DNA from: Collodictyon triciliatum
Taxonomy: Eukaryota
Length of the DNA: 60,177 nt
NCBI GenBank assembly: GCA_043381765.1
Contig: JBHJMP010000835.1
Coordinates: 1-60,177 of the forward strand
Direction: 5' to 3'
Both the position numbers and the translations under genes were made by a program. The notes under the pieces are model-generated. The model was not told the DNA's origin. It searched no databases and was given only the letters and a program-made list of their open reading frames with translations. Of the stretch, positions 13,365 through 25,302 are shown piece after piece. Each line of letters opens with the position of its first letter. Within the stretch, counting starts at the first letter, position 1.

Positions 13365-15304
13365 ATGCGCCCACCAGACACGGCGTCGGGCCCAAAGGCA
13401 GTTTTGCTAACCTTACTTCGGGATAAGACACCGATCACAGCGCGGGATTTCGACGATCCTTTCCAAGCTTTTGTGACGATCATAGTGTTGAGTCTTCGTT
13501 CTTTAGGATACTTACTGTGCGCAGCCTTAGTTCTTCTGATTGTCTGCTTTGGATATTTTTACTTTTTCAACATAGCTCCGCTTCTAATCTTCGAGAATAC
13601 GCTGGTCAAAGTACGTGCTTTGTTGGAAGCAGACACGTTTTTTTTTTTTTAATTGTTATTATCTATCTGGTAGTGTTTGATGCTTCACTGTTATATCTGG
13701 CTATGTATATGTATTAAAAATGTTAAATGCAATCAATTAATTTGTTATTCTCATCTGAGCGAGTCAAAATGAATCATGCAGCTACTTTTTGACGCCACGG
13801 CTGTTTTTTTGTATACCTCTCTTCTGTTCAACTACATCCAATGTATTTACACGGGCCCAGGATATGCCACTAGAGAGGTACGTCTTGAATAAATCATTTA
13901 CCAATCCAATATCCAGGCCTTCCAGTCCCATCAAGAAGATATATTTGAAGGAAAACATGTTGTTTCATCCGTAATAATACTCCTACGGCAGTCCGACGAA
14001 GAGTATGCCTCTATTGTTGGATCGGAAACCAGAAATCACTGCGAAATATGTAACCAATGAATACACTCATTCACTTTTTTATTAGGAATATGCATATTTA
14101 ACAATATAAAAATGCAGGTGACTTGATTAAACCACCGCGAGCGCATCACTGTAAAGTATGCGATAGGTATGTTGGGACACACAAAACTATTTGACTGAAT
14201 GAAACCATCATGTGCATGAATCTTTGGAGCCATACCTAACACTCTATTTGGGAAAAAATACATCAGGTGTGTTCTGCGAATGGATCACCATTGCCGTATC
14301 CTTAAAAAAAAAAATGAATTTGGCTACTCCTTTAATATCTATCAGAATATTACTTTGAAGAAGAGATGGGGGGTTTCGATGAACTAGAAACAATACAGTT
14401 TTTCGGGGAAGAAAACTAAATCCAGAAAGAGTGTGCTCTGGATATTTTTTTCATGATTTCTATTTATCATCGAGTAGATAAGTCAGGTTTCTTGCCAAAT
14501 TTTTATTTTCCCTTAATTTTTCATCTTTAAAAAAAAAGCCTGGATAAATAACTGCGTTGGTTTTAATAACCATCGAAGCTTCTTCTTGTTTTTGGTTTAT
14601 TTTTGTGTGTGTTTGTGTTGGTTCAGCCTTTCGATGGGATATATTTTGTATTATAAGGTAGAGCCGCTTCGATTTGCATTCTATTCTACTCACTCAAGAA
14701 TAAGTTGATTTATATCAAATCTCTCGCTAGCACCAATATACCCTCTCTTTTTTTTCTTGTTTCTCGTTTTTCTTCAACACGTCCACAAAGGAGGATAACC
14801 CTTCAAACCACTCGACACGCATGATTTCTCGTGCACTACTTCCTGCAATAGTGGTCATTGGTTTGACTATCGTAGGCATGACAATCTCACAAGCCATGAA
14901 CATAATCACTAACACAACTGTAATCGAAAGAAAGATTTAGCAACGATACCAAAGGAATCTGAAACTGCACCAGGTTTTTTTTTCTTGGTTTGAAAGATGA
15001 AACAATTTGATGGTTCAGAAAAAAAATCATCGAAAGAGATATTACATGTGTATTACTGAATTATAATTATAATTGAATTAATCCTTGGAATGCATGTAAT
15101 CATGGATACAAGCCATGCATATATATGATTCCTTATTTGCTCGCGAACTCCGATTAACACGTGGATGCCTCATAGAAAGATCCAGAAGGTTTTCAGATGC
15201 CTCAAAAACCACCAGATTATAACCTGGGCTGGAAGCGGAATTCCCAAGAGTTTTTCAATTCGTCGAGGTGCAGAAAATCTTTGATATTTTTCTTTTTTTC
15301 TTAA
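13365..15304 (+). CDS. DHHC-type protein S-palmitoyltransferase (ZDHHC16-like), multi-exon, with one in-frame TAG; 3' end approximate
   Basis: Spliced translation gives TM helices, YTGPG, [51 protein letters not shown] (TTxE-like) and PDYNLGWKRN (PaCCT-like, exon starting 15176). TAG at 14938-14940. Confidence 0.88.
14296..14538 (+). other. U12-type (minor spliceosome) GT-AG intron
   Basis: 5' site GTATCCTT splits the Pro codon of DHHC-P-W. U12-like branch candidates are TTCCCTTAAT (~14508) and TCTTTAA (~14524). There is an A-run instead of a pyrimidine tract before the AG at 14538, and the splice restores the frame. Confidence 0.8.
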
Positions 15305-15923
15305 ATAAAACGCAACAATCTACTTCGCAATACATCCTTTTGCATAATCGTTTGCATGGTTCTTTCTAGTAACAAGATTATTTGCTTGTCCGTTCTCTAG
15401 AATATGTGCTCCTTTTTTTATAATTAATTAAAATAGGATTTGAAGCCACACCCTATTACACTCGATTTCACTTTTTTTTTTGGTTTTTTGGTTTTTTGTG
15501 TACCGCCTGTATTTGTTTTCCTTTAAAAAAAAATCGTTCTAATGCACATGTCTTTTTTTTTTTTTCATCTAATTCTGGGTGAAATCACAGCCTTTCAACT
15601 TTTTTACTGCCTTCTGTAAGACCTCAAAGGGGCGATGGAATCCACTTTGACACGCGCAAGAGTGATGATTAAAAGGACACATAAAAAGAAAAGAAAAAGC
15701 AAACTCATGGTAAATATCGGTGCTGTTAGCAAACGAATCAGATTTCTTGCATACTTTGTCCCAAGAAACTCAAAAGAAAGAAAGAAAAAAATAGAACCAT
15801 CTGTGTTGAATGCTCAGTTTATATATTTCTCAACACAACACCAGCTTGTCAAAAATATAAATCTTTTTATTTCATGAGGGTTGGGGAACATCTTTTTTTT
15901 TATCTCTGAGATACCGCCTATCA

Positions 15924-16371
15924 TTAGTGGTAAATCGTGCCTACTTTTGTGTACTTTGACTCAAAAAACGCTTCCCATGAATTCAGAGTCTCCAATTCTG
16001 ATGCATTCAGCCCAAATAAATCCGGGACGAGCTTAATATCAAGAGATCGGTTCAGAATCAAAAACACCCACACAAAACACTATTCATGAGAAAATAGAGT
16101 ATGAAAACAAACATGTATACATATATATAAACAGCGGGCAATACACGCATCATATCTACCCTGAAATAATTGCGCTTACATCCTCAGCTTTTGTAGACAT
16201 CTTTGCAAAACCCCTGTTCGGCTCTCTTCCAGCATATTCGGAATACGGACCCCCAGGCCCATAGTTTGTGTTGTTTGCACCGACATCGTAGATGTTTCCC
16301 TATCAATAAGAATTAACCCGTGAAGAAAAATGACATGAAGCCATTATCCATGAATATATATGTATATAGGT

Positions 16372-16427
<56 letters not shown>

Positions 16428-16833
16428 TACACACACAAACACAAAAGGAGAGGGTAAAATAAGAATGAGAATAATCATATGCAGCAATAATCCACAGATC
16501 AATCGGTACGCGTATTGCCACATAGACGGGCTTTGAAGGATCCGATCCGTTGTACTGGGACAGCTGAAGATGCGTAAGGACGAGCGGGATGTTTGGCGAT
16601 GTGGCCCATGGGGCGGGGGGCGGCTGCGGCGCAGAGGCATAGCTCTCGGGATAGTCCTGCTGATTCACCTCTGCATACGCGCTCCGCTTTGCTGGTTGCG
16701 GCGCTTTGCGCAGGAAGCTCGGGCAGAAGAGCTCCACGATGGGCTTTATGCACAGTCCGATGAGCGGGAAGCTGGCAAGGAAGCTCACAATGCTCGTCAA
16801 TATGTCACACAAGAAGCTGCAGGCGCGCTGCAT
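15924..16833 (-). CDS. Cytochrome b5-like heme/steroid-binding protein (MAPR family), 3 exons
   Basis: Exons 16833..16510, 16299..16180, 16031..15924 give an N-terminal hydrophobic segment then LSQYNGSDPSKPVYVAIRGNIYDV...YGPGGPYSEYAGRE...LNSWEAFFESKYTKVG; TAA stop. Confidence 0.9.
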
Positions 16834-17328
16834 CGTGGGGCTAGCGTTCGACCTATGGTTTGATTTATTGGTTTTTTGGTTTATTGTTTTCTTTTGTTTT
16901 CTTTTGTTTTCTTTTGTTTTCTTTTGTTTTCTTTTGTTTTCTTTTGTTTTCTTTCGAGCAATAATATCGTCGGGCGCTTAGTGAGCGCCTTCTTTACTCC
17001 CAGCGCACAAGAGCAAACCAGAAAGCGACGAAGAGCACAAACGCGATTTAGAAAACGACACGGTGCGCAACGGGGATCAACAAATTCTCGAAAAGCAGGA
17101 ATCATTAACTCCACATATGTAATTTTATTGCGGAATATATGATAAAAAATTGTTCTTGCTGTTTCAAAGAAACTATTTCATGCTATTGCATTGATTTATT
17201 AGATATCCAACATGATTCTCATCATGCATACTGAACTGACCTGCAGAAGCAGCTTCTTGTCTGCTGACGAAACAACACAGCCAGGCAAACATACAGCTAC
17301 AACACCTTCCTTGACAGCCCCAGAAACA

Positions 17329-18890
17329 ATGTTTGGCCGTTACCGCTCTTTCCTCCGAGAATGCGGCTGCCGCGGCACAAGCACAATGAGCCTGACCAGT
17401 GAGCTGCACCCAATCAAGTCCCAACGACTGACATTCCTCGGCCCGCCAGGATCCGGCAAGGTAAATCAGCCACGCGACCATTCCGCCACTCTTTTGCGTC
17501 CTCCGCGGAGTTCTTTGGGGTTTGAGAAAACGCCTCTTATGGGTCGCAGCGCCAGACACTGGGCGAGCCCGGCAGCGTGACAAGTGATGTGATAACGTTT
17601 GTGAAAGAAAAAGAAACACAGCATTCACGTGTAGGGCACGTACTCTTCGTGGCTGAAAAGAAAGTATGGCTTCGATATCCTGTCGTCCGGCGACCTTGTG
17701 CGCAAAATCATCCACGGCCAAGTCACACAAGAGCATGTAAATATCAGCCATATAGCTGCGCGTTTGTGTGCTGCGCACTCACTCCGCGCAACCAAACCAC
17801 ACTCAGCAGGATTCGAAGGCCGTCCATGTTCTGAAGGAATGCATTTCTCACGGCGAACTGGTTCCCGACAGGCTCATGGCTGAGATTCTCGACCAGTTCT
17901 TCTTCGACAGTAGGTGCTCCCACTCCATTTGATTTGTTTATTTGTCCCTGATTACTATACTTGTTATTATCTTCATTTTTTATATTGTTATTAATTGAAC
18001 TGATTTGATTTGATTTGATTTGATTTGATTTGATTTGATTTGATTTGATTTGATTTGATTTGATTTGATTATGTGAAAGTTGAATAAGGCCCAAAAGAAA
18101 ATCGAAAATTAGCAAACCCGAGTAGCAGCGGTATAAATAAACAAATATGGATAGAATTGAAGCCTGGCCAAGGATTTATCCTGGATGGTTATCCACGCTC
18201 GCTGGCCCAAGCACAGCTTCTGCAAGACGGGCCGCATCCAATCGACATGGCATTCCACTTTATTGTGCCAGGTCGAATCTCTTCATCCATCACACTTACC
18301 TATCAGGACTTGCTCACCAAAGACGTCCTACATCAGATAGCATCATCGTTCGTAAACTAAGTGCACGTCGTGTTTGCAAGGGTTGCGGTCATAACTACAA
18401 TCTGTGCGACATTAACGAGGACGGAGTCATCATGCCACCGATTCTGCCGAAGGTTAGACGTCTATCTTTCTTTCCCTACATAATCACGACCTAGTTTTTG
18501 TTCTTTCTTCCTTTCAATCGGTTAAAGAGACGCAGGGCTGACCACCTCAAACATAAATCCCCGTCGTAGAATGCGGGGGTGTGTGACTTTTGTGGAGGAG
18601 GTTTGGCCCAAAGACCGGATGACAGAGAAGACGTGGTGGAGAAACGACTGCGCCATTATCACCGCACTGGTGACCGTATGTTTTCTGCGTCTCTCTAATA
18701 CCCCTGATACAAGCCTTGGAATGCACCTCAGTTGTGCGAGAGGTGGATTGACTGAGTTGAACCCTACACTGCAGAGATTGTAGATTTTTACAAGCATCGC
18801 GGGCGATGCATTGAGATGGACGCTCGGGGCAGTCTGGACAACCGCCTTACACACATTGAAAATCTGCTGCGGTCCATTACGCCTGTTTAA
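17329..18890 (+). CDS. Adenylate kinase with Zn-finger LID, probable organellar presequence, 7 exons
   Basis: Spliced: FLGPPGSGK|GT, LSSGDLVR, GELVPD, GFILDGYPRS, RRVCKGCGHNYN...CDFCGG..QRPDDREDVVEKRL; TAA at 18888-18890; all introns GT-AG. Confidence 0.93.
18001..18070. repeat. (GATTT)n microsatellite in an adenylate kinase intron
   Basis: Directly visible. Confidence 0.9.
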
Positions 18891-19127
18891 ACAGACTCTC
18901 TTCATTATCTTTGCGACCGTGATACTTGGGTCAGATTATTTGTCCCTCGCCCGCCCGCTCCCTTTTACCCCATCCGATTGACCAACGATGTGATGAATAA
19001 AGTATATAATATAAAACATAATAAAATGCAAATTATTTGATAGATGACAGATTGCTCTTGAGTGTATGGTTTCATCATCGCCACCCGTGGCATCTCTTTG
19101 GCTCTTCCACTCGACACGCAAGCGTCC

Positions 19128-22100
19128 TTACTCAGCCGGCGGCTCCCACGATGTCTTGCCCGTGAGTGTGTTGTAGTAGTAAGTCCTTCCGCTAGCTTCG
19201 TCCACAAGTGTCTTCACGTGTGAGGGCATCACAGGTGATGTCGGGGACAAAGGCTTAGCCTGCGACTGCAGCGGAATCGGGACGGGCAGTTGGAAGCCCA
19301 TACTCGCGCGCAGGTGCGACGGCTTCAACACAGTTGGCGCAGGTTCGGGCTTTGGCGGTTCCGTAACTATCGGCGCGACAGGCAGCACTGAGGCTGAAGC
19401 AGAGGCTGCAAGAACGGCCGGCGTGGTGGACGATGGATTAGACGCGCCAGTTTTGTCCTGCGATGGGTGGTTGAGTAAAGACAGAGCGTTCCCGACGTGG
19501 TTGGATATGTCCTCACCCTTTCACACATCTTGTACTTTTGCAGAAGAGATGTCTCGTAGCACAGAAAGACGAAGGCGTTTGCGTGTGGGGGACTTGGGTC
19601 TCCTCGCGATGGTGGGGTGCGTTCGGCCTCGGGGATGTTTTTCAAGGAGACGGCTTTACGGGACTCCTGTGACGATTCGAGCATTTGATGTGACCCATCT
19701 TTCAATGAACATGATGAAAGTAAATAAAACAAAGATGCAAGACGAATGTCTGGTTGTGTTGTGATGATTGGTGGTTTCTTACCTGCTCCCATCGCCCTTT
19801 CACGGTAAAGACGTTTTCGCGGTTGTAGACGCGGTGCATAACTATGACGGGATAAAAGCAGAAGAGGTTTGTAATTAGGTGGGGATGTGTAATGTGCTGA
19901 TGCTGGTCTTTGGTGCTAATATACCAATTTTCAAATCCTCCAGTGCTGAAAAGATTTTGACACGATATTGGGAGATTTGAGACGCAATGGTAGCTTTCTG
20001 TTGTGGGTTTGTAGCGTGCGTAGCATGGTAATATCGGATGATTCCTTCCAGTTTATTAATTTCGCGTTCGTGGTTGATAATCATTTTTTCCAGTTTTGCA
20101 ATCGACGCTGTTTGTAAAAAANNNNNNNNNNNNNNNNNNNNNNNNNNNNNNNNNNNNNNNNNNNNNNNNNNNNNNNNNNNNNNNNNNNNNNNNNNNNNNN
20201 NNNNNNNNNNNNNNNNNNNNNNNNNNNNNNNNNNNNNNNNNNNNNNNNNNNNNNNNNNNNNNNNNNNNNNNNNNNNNNNNNNNNNNNNNNNNNNNNNNNN
20301 NNNNNNNNNNNNNNNNNNNNNNNNNNNNNNNNNNNNNNNNNNNNNNNNNNNNNNNNNNNNNNNNNNNNNNNNNNNNNNNNNNNNNNNNNNNNNNNNNNNN
20401 NNNNNNNNNNNNNNNNNNNNNNNNNNNNNNNNNNNNNNNNNNNNNNNNNNNNNNNNNNNNNNNNNNNNNNNNNNNNNNNNNNNNNNNNNNNNNNNNNNNN
20501 NNNNNNNNNNNNNNNNNNNNNNNNNNNNNNNNNNNNNNNNNNNNNNNNNNNNNNNNNNNNNNNNNNNNNNNNNNNNNNNNNNNNNNNNNNNNNNNNNNNN
20601 NNNNNNNNNNNNNNNNNNNNNNNNNNNNNNNNNNNNNNNNNNNNNNNNNNNNNNNNNNNNNNNNNNNNNNNNNNNNNNNNNNNNNNNNNNNNNNNNNNNN
20701 NNNNNNNNNNNNNNNNNNNNNNNNNNNNNNNNNNNNNNNNNNNNNNNNNNNNNNNNNNNNNNNNNNNNNNNNNNNNNNAAAAAAAAAAAGGATGGTTAAA
20801 AGAGAGAAGAGCTGGGGTAGGGAAGTTCATGTTGTAGGCTGTTAAAATTGTAATAGACTAGATACTATGGTATTTGAAAATATTATGTAGGATGTCATAT
20901 AAATGAAGAGTCCATGCAATATAATTTGACGTTATATTGACAGCGTGCTTGACGTGCATTGATTGGAGTGTTACTTGACTGGCTCCAGGGAGTTGGATGG
21001 CAGCACCATACTTGGTAGCCACAAGGTTTGAGGAAGCATCGGAGGTGGAGGGTTTTCCTTCATTCAAGAATATGTATTGCAAATGTGGTTCATCCTGTGC
21101 AAAAAAAATGAATAAATTACAGATATTTTCAACAGCCAGCAAGCAAATAGCATAGAGGGTAAACATATAGAAAAATAATTAATAAAGAAAAAAAAAGGAG
21201 AATATAATCGAAGATGTGATTTTTCAGGTCTGATTAATTGGTTTAATTCATTAATTATTTACTCTGTTTTTTTGTTTTTTGTTTTTTTTTGTTACTATGT
21301 ATGTGTCATTAATTTGATGCTTGAGTAAAGATAGAAGAAGAAATGAGTGAATTTTTAACCTTCCAACATTCAAGAGCATTGTATTTGACCATTGGCTGAA
21401 TGTTCATAAGATAGAAAATCTATATTTCATGTGATTGAATTAATCATTAATTTTATTTATAGGGGAAAAAATTTGAAAGAGAAAGATAGAAAATATATAC
21501 ATGCATGATTAAGATAGAAAGAACTCTTGTGGATTTTGTTAATTCTGCACATACTTTTTCGTCTGGCTCTTCAGCAACATTTGTCTTTTTAGTGGTTTTT
21601 TTAGGTTTCGCTTGTAGTTCAGCAGTCCCTTTGACCACCCAGTTTTGATGAATCATACCGAGCTTGTTGTTTTAATTTGAGTGGCCAGATTTAGTGCATA
21701 TACTGATTATTGTATGAAATACACATACTTTTTTTTTTAAAAAAAAAAAAACTATGCTGTGGATTAGTTCATATTTATGCCTACGTTTACAAACATTCAT
21801 CATGAAAAAGAGAGAGAGAGAGAAAGGGAGAGATGTCTTGAAAAAATAAAGCCCAAAAAGAAAAAAAACCTCGTCGTCAGGAAACGGATGTTCCAGAATG
21901 GAGGATATCTCTTCCAGCGTCGAGTAAATTGTCCGGCAGCACTGCAGCAAATTTGCATCCTCTCCTTCTCTCTGGGAATGAGTATTGGAGTACAACCCGG
22001 CGAACTGATTAAGGATATCCTCGATATTCTCCTTCTTTGTCTCCTCCTCGGAAATCTTTTTCAAGAGAGACTCCAGCGTTTCTATACCAAGACGGGCGAT

Positions 22101-22329
22101 TCTTATGAGTCACACAGAAAATCGCGATACCTTGGCTGGTAACAAAATCAAAGATATCTCCACATAAAGATAGGAATGAATACTATCACGAGTTTAAGAA
22201 AGTGTTTCGAGGCCTGCCCACACAATAGACCATGAATGACCATTGATTATCCACCCATTCGAATTCAAAAACAAAGCAAAACAAAACAAAACAAAACAAA
22301 ACAAAGCAAAAGAAAAACAAAACAAAAAA

Positions 22330-22410
<81 letters not shown>

Positions 22411-23469
22411 AAAAGCAAAACAAAAGCAAAACAAAGAACAAAAAGAAAAGAAAAGAAAAAAAAAAGATACCCAGCTTGCTCTTCTCCGTGACAAAGACCC
22501 TGAAGTGCTCGGGACTCAGCTCCAAGCGGAGACACAGCAGATCAGCCATCTGCGTCATCGTCATCGCCTCATCGAACTTGAGCGTCTTGAACGTCAGCGG
22601 ACCGGTGTACACCTTCAGCGCAACCTACAGGCCGGAGAAGCCGCGAGCATGCGGTGAGCATCGCCACCGAAAGGGAGAACCACGGATGGACTCTGCACGC
22701 ACATACACAAATATCTATATCTATGAATCTCTCTGTATATGCGCCTGCATTGCAGAGCAGAGCAGAGCAGAGCACAAACCGGACGCGCATTCGGGAGGGT
22801 GACGGAGGCGCGTGCAGCCTTTGCGGGGTCGGCCACAGATGTAGCCACAGATGTAGCCACAGATGTAGCCACAGGCGCAGGGGGGTCGGGGCCGTCGGCG
22901 GGTGCCGGGCGTGCGTCGACGTAGGTGATCTCGCGGGGGGCGTCCTTCCGCGGCTGCTCCGGCGGCTGCACCTCGGCCGTCCGCGCGTTGTACACGTACG
23001 CAAGGCCGCTGCGCACATCGCGGGCGGGACACCACGGCGCATCCTGCACGGCAAGCAGCGCCTGCAGCAGCCCCTCCGCCTCGGCGACAGACGGCACCGA
23101 TGGGGCAGAAGGAGAAGGGGAAGGAGCAGGAGAAGGGGAAGGGGAGGCAGGAGAAGGAGCAGCGGCAGAGGCAGCGGCAGCCGCGGCAAGCAGGATGTCG
23201 TCCGGCGGGGGCGGCAGCGTCGTCTGCGGGGTGCGGGCCGTCGCCACAGCCAGCGACTTTGGGCGCGGTGCGGGCGGCTTTGCGGCCAGGCGGGAGAAGT
23301 GTGCAGCCGCGTTGGCCACGCTCCCTGTTGCCCGCGCTGCGTCGCTCTCGGCCTCGCTTGGCGGCGGAGGCGGTGGTGGAGGCGGTGCCGACCATGAGGT
23401 CTCTCCCGTCTCCTCGTTGAAGTAGTAGGTCTGCCCGCTGCCCGGGTCTAACGCCTGCTTCCACGGCAT
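19128..23469 (-). CDS. WW-domain scaffold protein (N- and C-terminal WW, Pro/Ala-rich linkers, ubiquitin-like/RA-like and helical segments); spans an assembly gap
   Basis: Starts MPWKQALDPGSGQTYYFNEETGETSW and ends VDEASGRTYYYNTLTGKTSWEPPAE*. Internal exons include KVYTGPLTFKTLKFDEAMTMTQMADLLCLRLEL and EREINKLEGIIRYY. Continuity across the gap is inferred. Confidence 0.7.
20122..20778. other. Assembly gap (N run)
   Basis: Ns in the sequence. Confidence 1.
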
Positions 23470-23826
23470 GGCGGCTGCTCTCTTGTCCGGTTAGTCTGAT
23501 CTTGTCTGGTTAGTCGCTCCCTTCGTGCGTGTGCGCATTGTGAATCATGACAGATCGGTCATGCCGCTGAATTTCGGTTTTCTGTGTGCTTGGCTATGAT
23601 GCTGAGGGGATAAGCAAGGGGCTCTGCTATCGCCGCTCTAAAGATATCCGCTTTTCTATGTCTGTGCGCGTGGTTCTGCAAAGGGCTCTCCGGCTCCTTT
23701 TATCTCTCGCAATCACAACGACCACGCAAAGGTGACTAGAAATAAATGTATATATGGTGGCCCTCGACAAGAAAGAGAGCTCGGTCTCGCTGCGGATTGC
23801 TGTGACGGAGTCCTATCAAGACAGAT

Positions 23827-24741
23827 TTATTGGGCCTTGGCAGTGACCTTCTTGGCTTTGGTTCCTGTTGGGTGTGCGGTGTTTGGGTGAGTCCTCTTTC
23901 ATGACGGATGTGTAAAAGGGTGGATTCGGGCGTGTGTTCAGTTTGGCTTTCATTTGCCTGTTTGTTGGAACATATCAACGTACCATAGCGGAAGCCGTTC
24001 TTGAACTGGCGGTTGACGATCTTCAGGTGGCGGCGGCGACCAGTTCCGGTGGTTCTTCTGCGCTTCGACTTCTCGCTCCAGTTGTCTAGTGTGTGTGGGT
24101 GTGTATGTGTGTGGAAACATTCGTGAGAAATAGCTTGTCCAGACCCCTAACCTTATGTGCCAATATGAGGCCTCATTGTTCTGATGCGCGGGTCTGGCCC
24201 ACTGCTTCTACTCACAGGTGCGCTTTCTGGCAGCAGGGTAACCGCAGGAAGCGCAGACTCCCTTTTGCTTGTGGAAGGTGGTGCGACCGCAGCGGCGGCA
24301 CAGGGTGTGGGCCTTGGTGTGGCGGGGACCGAAGCTGGATGTACCCTTAGTCTATGGTGGAAGGCGGGTAAGTGACAAGTAAACAGGCTCTTCACCTAGA
24401 TCGGCATAGATCGGCATAGATCGGCAGGGCTATGCATGTTAACAGGTGAAAGAAACGGGGGCGATCAAGGGAAAGATTGATGGCTTGCACAGGAAACAAA
24501 AGGAGGAAATGAAAAGAGGACATGAAAAATACGCAAATGTTAGTATAGAGCCAAGAAGGCAAAAAGTTTGGGTAACGAAGGAAATCAAGAGGGTCAGAAA
24601 ATACGAGCTGTGGACTTCAGAAGCCCTACGTAGGTATTAGTAGCTTTGTTTGGCGTCGATCACATATGCTATCGATAGCATAGAGGTTAACGAAAAAGTC
24701 GGCGTGAGGGTGTCGAGACTGGAAAATTATAGGCAAACCAT
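23827..24741 (-). CDS. RPL37: 60S ribosomal protein L37 (eL37), 4 exons, first coding exon is ATG only
   Basis: ATG 24741..24739; exon 24351..24216 [45 protein letters not shown]; then [34 protein letters not shown]; last exon 23864..23827 [12 protein letters not shown]. Confidence 0.96.
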
Positions 24742-25035
24742 TTCGTCTGTTGGGCACTAGTGTGGCTGTGTCGGCAGTTGTGCAGAAGCGAGTCTGTCAA
24801 GTGGTAACGATGCCACTAGGAATTTGCAACAGGAAGAGAAGGTGTGGTTTCGAATGGATCAAAGCTGATCAATTTCTAACAGAACACCGTGTAATCATCA
24901 AATGTGGAAATTATGTTGTCCAACAATTGAGATGATATAGATGTTGATTTAGGCTTTTGAACATTAAAAAAACAGACAGAAGATGCGCACATAGGAGAAT
25001 GTGGACAACTCCAAACACAGTCTAATAAAAAAAAC

Positions 25036-25107
25036 TGCCGTCTCTCGGAATCGAACCGAGGTTATCACGGCCACAACGTGAAGTACTAACCACTATACTA
25101 AGACGGC
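25036..25107 (-). tRNA. tRNA-His (GTG), intronless
   Basis: GCCGTCTTAGTATAGTGGTTAGTACTTCACGTTGTGGCCGTGATAACCTCGGTTCGATTCCGAGAGACGGCA folds into a cloverleaf with anticodon GTG. A T-run Pol III terminator follows, and G-1 is not encoded. Confidence 0.95.
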
Positions 25108-25302
25108 TTCTCGATGTCACAAGAAATTTAAATATATAAAGATTTTAATAACATGGTTTTTATCTGGTTTTTGTCGGCGCTAATTTGTCTGGTTTGCACA
25201 CAAGCACAATCTTTAAAGCTGGCATATAATTCATTTATCCCACAAATTAACTCGATTAATGCACACGCCTGGATGTGATATCAATGCACAGGAAAGGGCG
25301 GC

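Noticed and set aside
9886-13431. Poly-K, poly-F and repetitive ORFs here and at 22186-22802, 42459-42800, 44000-44445, 56010-56412
   Set aside because: Translations of microsatellites and homopolymer runs.
14938-14940. Genome-wide reassignment of TAG to a sense codon
   Set aside because: TECR ends at TAG exactly at its conserved C-terminus, and the 2274-aa ORF and the other fully traced genes have no in-frame TAG.
20038-20845. ORFs spanning N runs (also 50030-50602)
   Set aside because: Artefacts of assembly gaps.
24585-24670. C/D snoRNA in RPL37 intron 1
   Set aside because: Two CTGA boxes but a poor C box (GTGATCG) and no recognisable rRNA complementarity.
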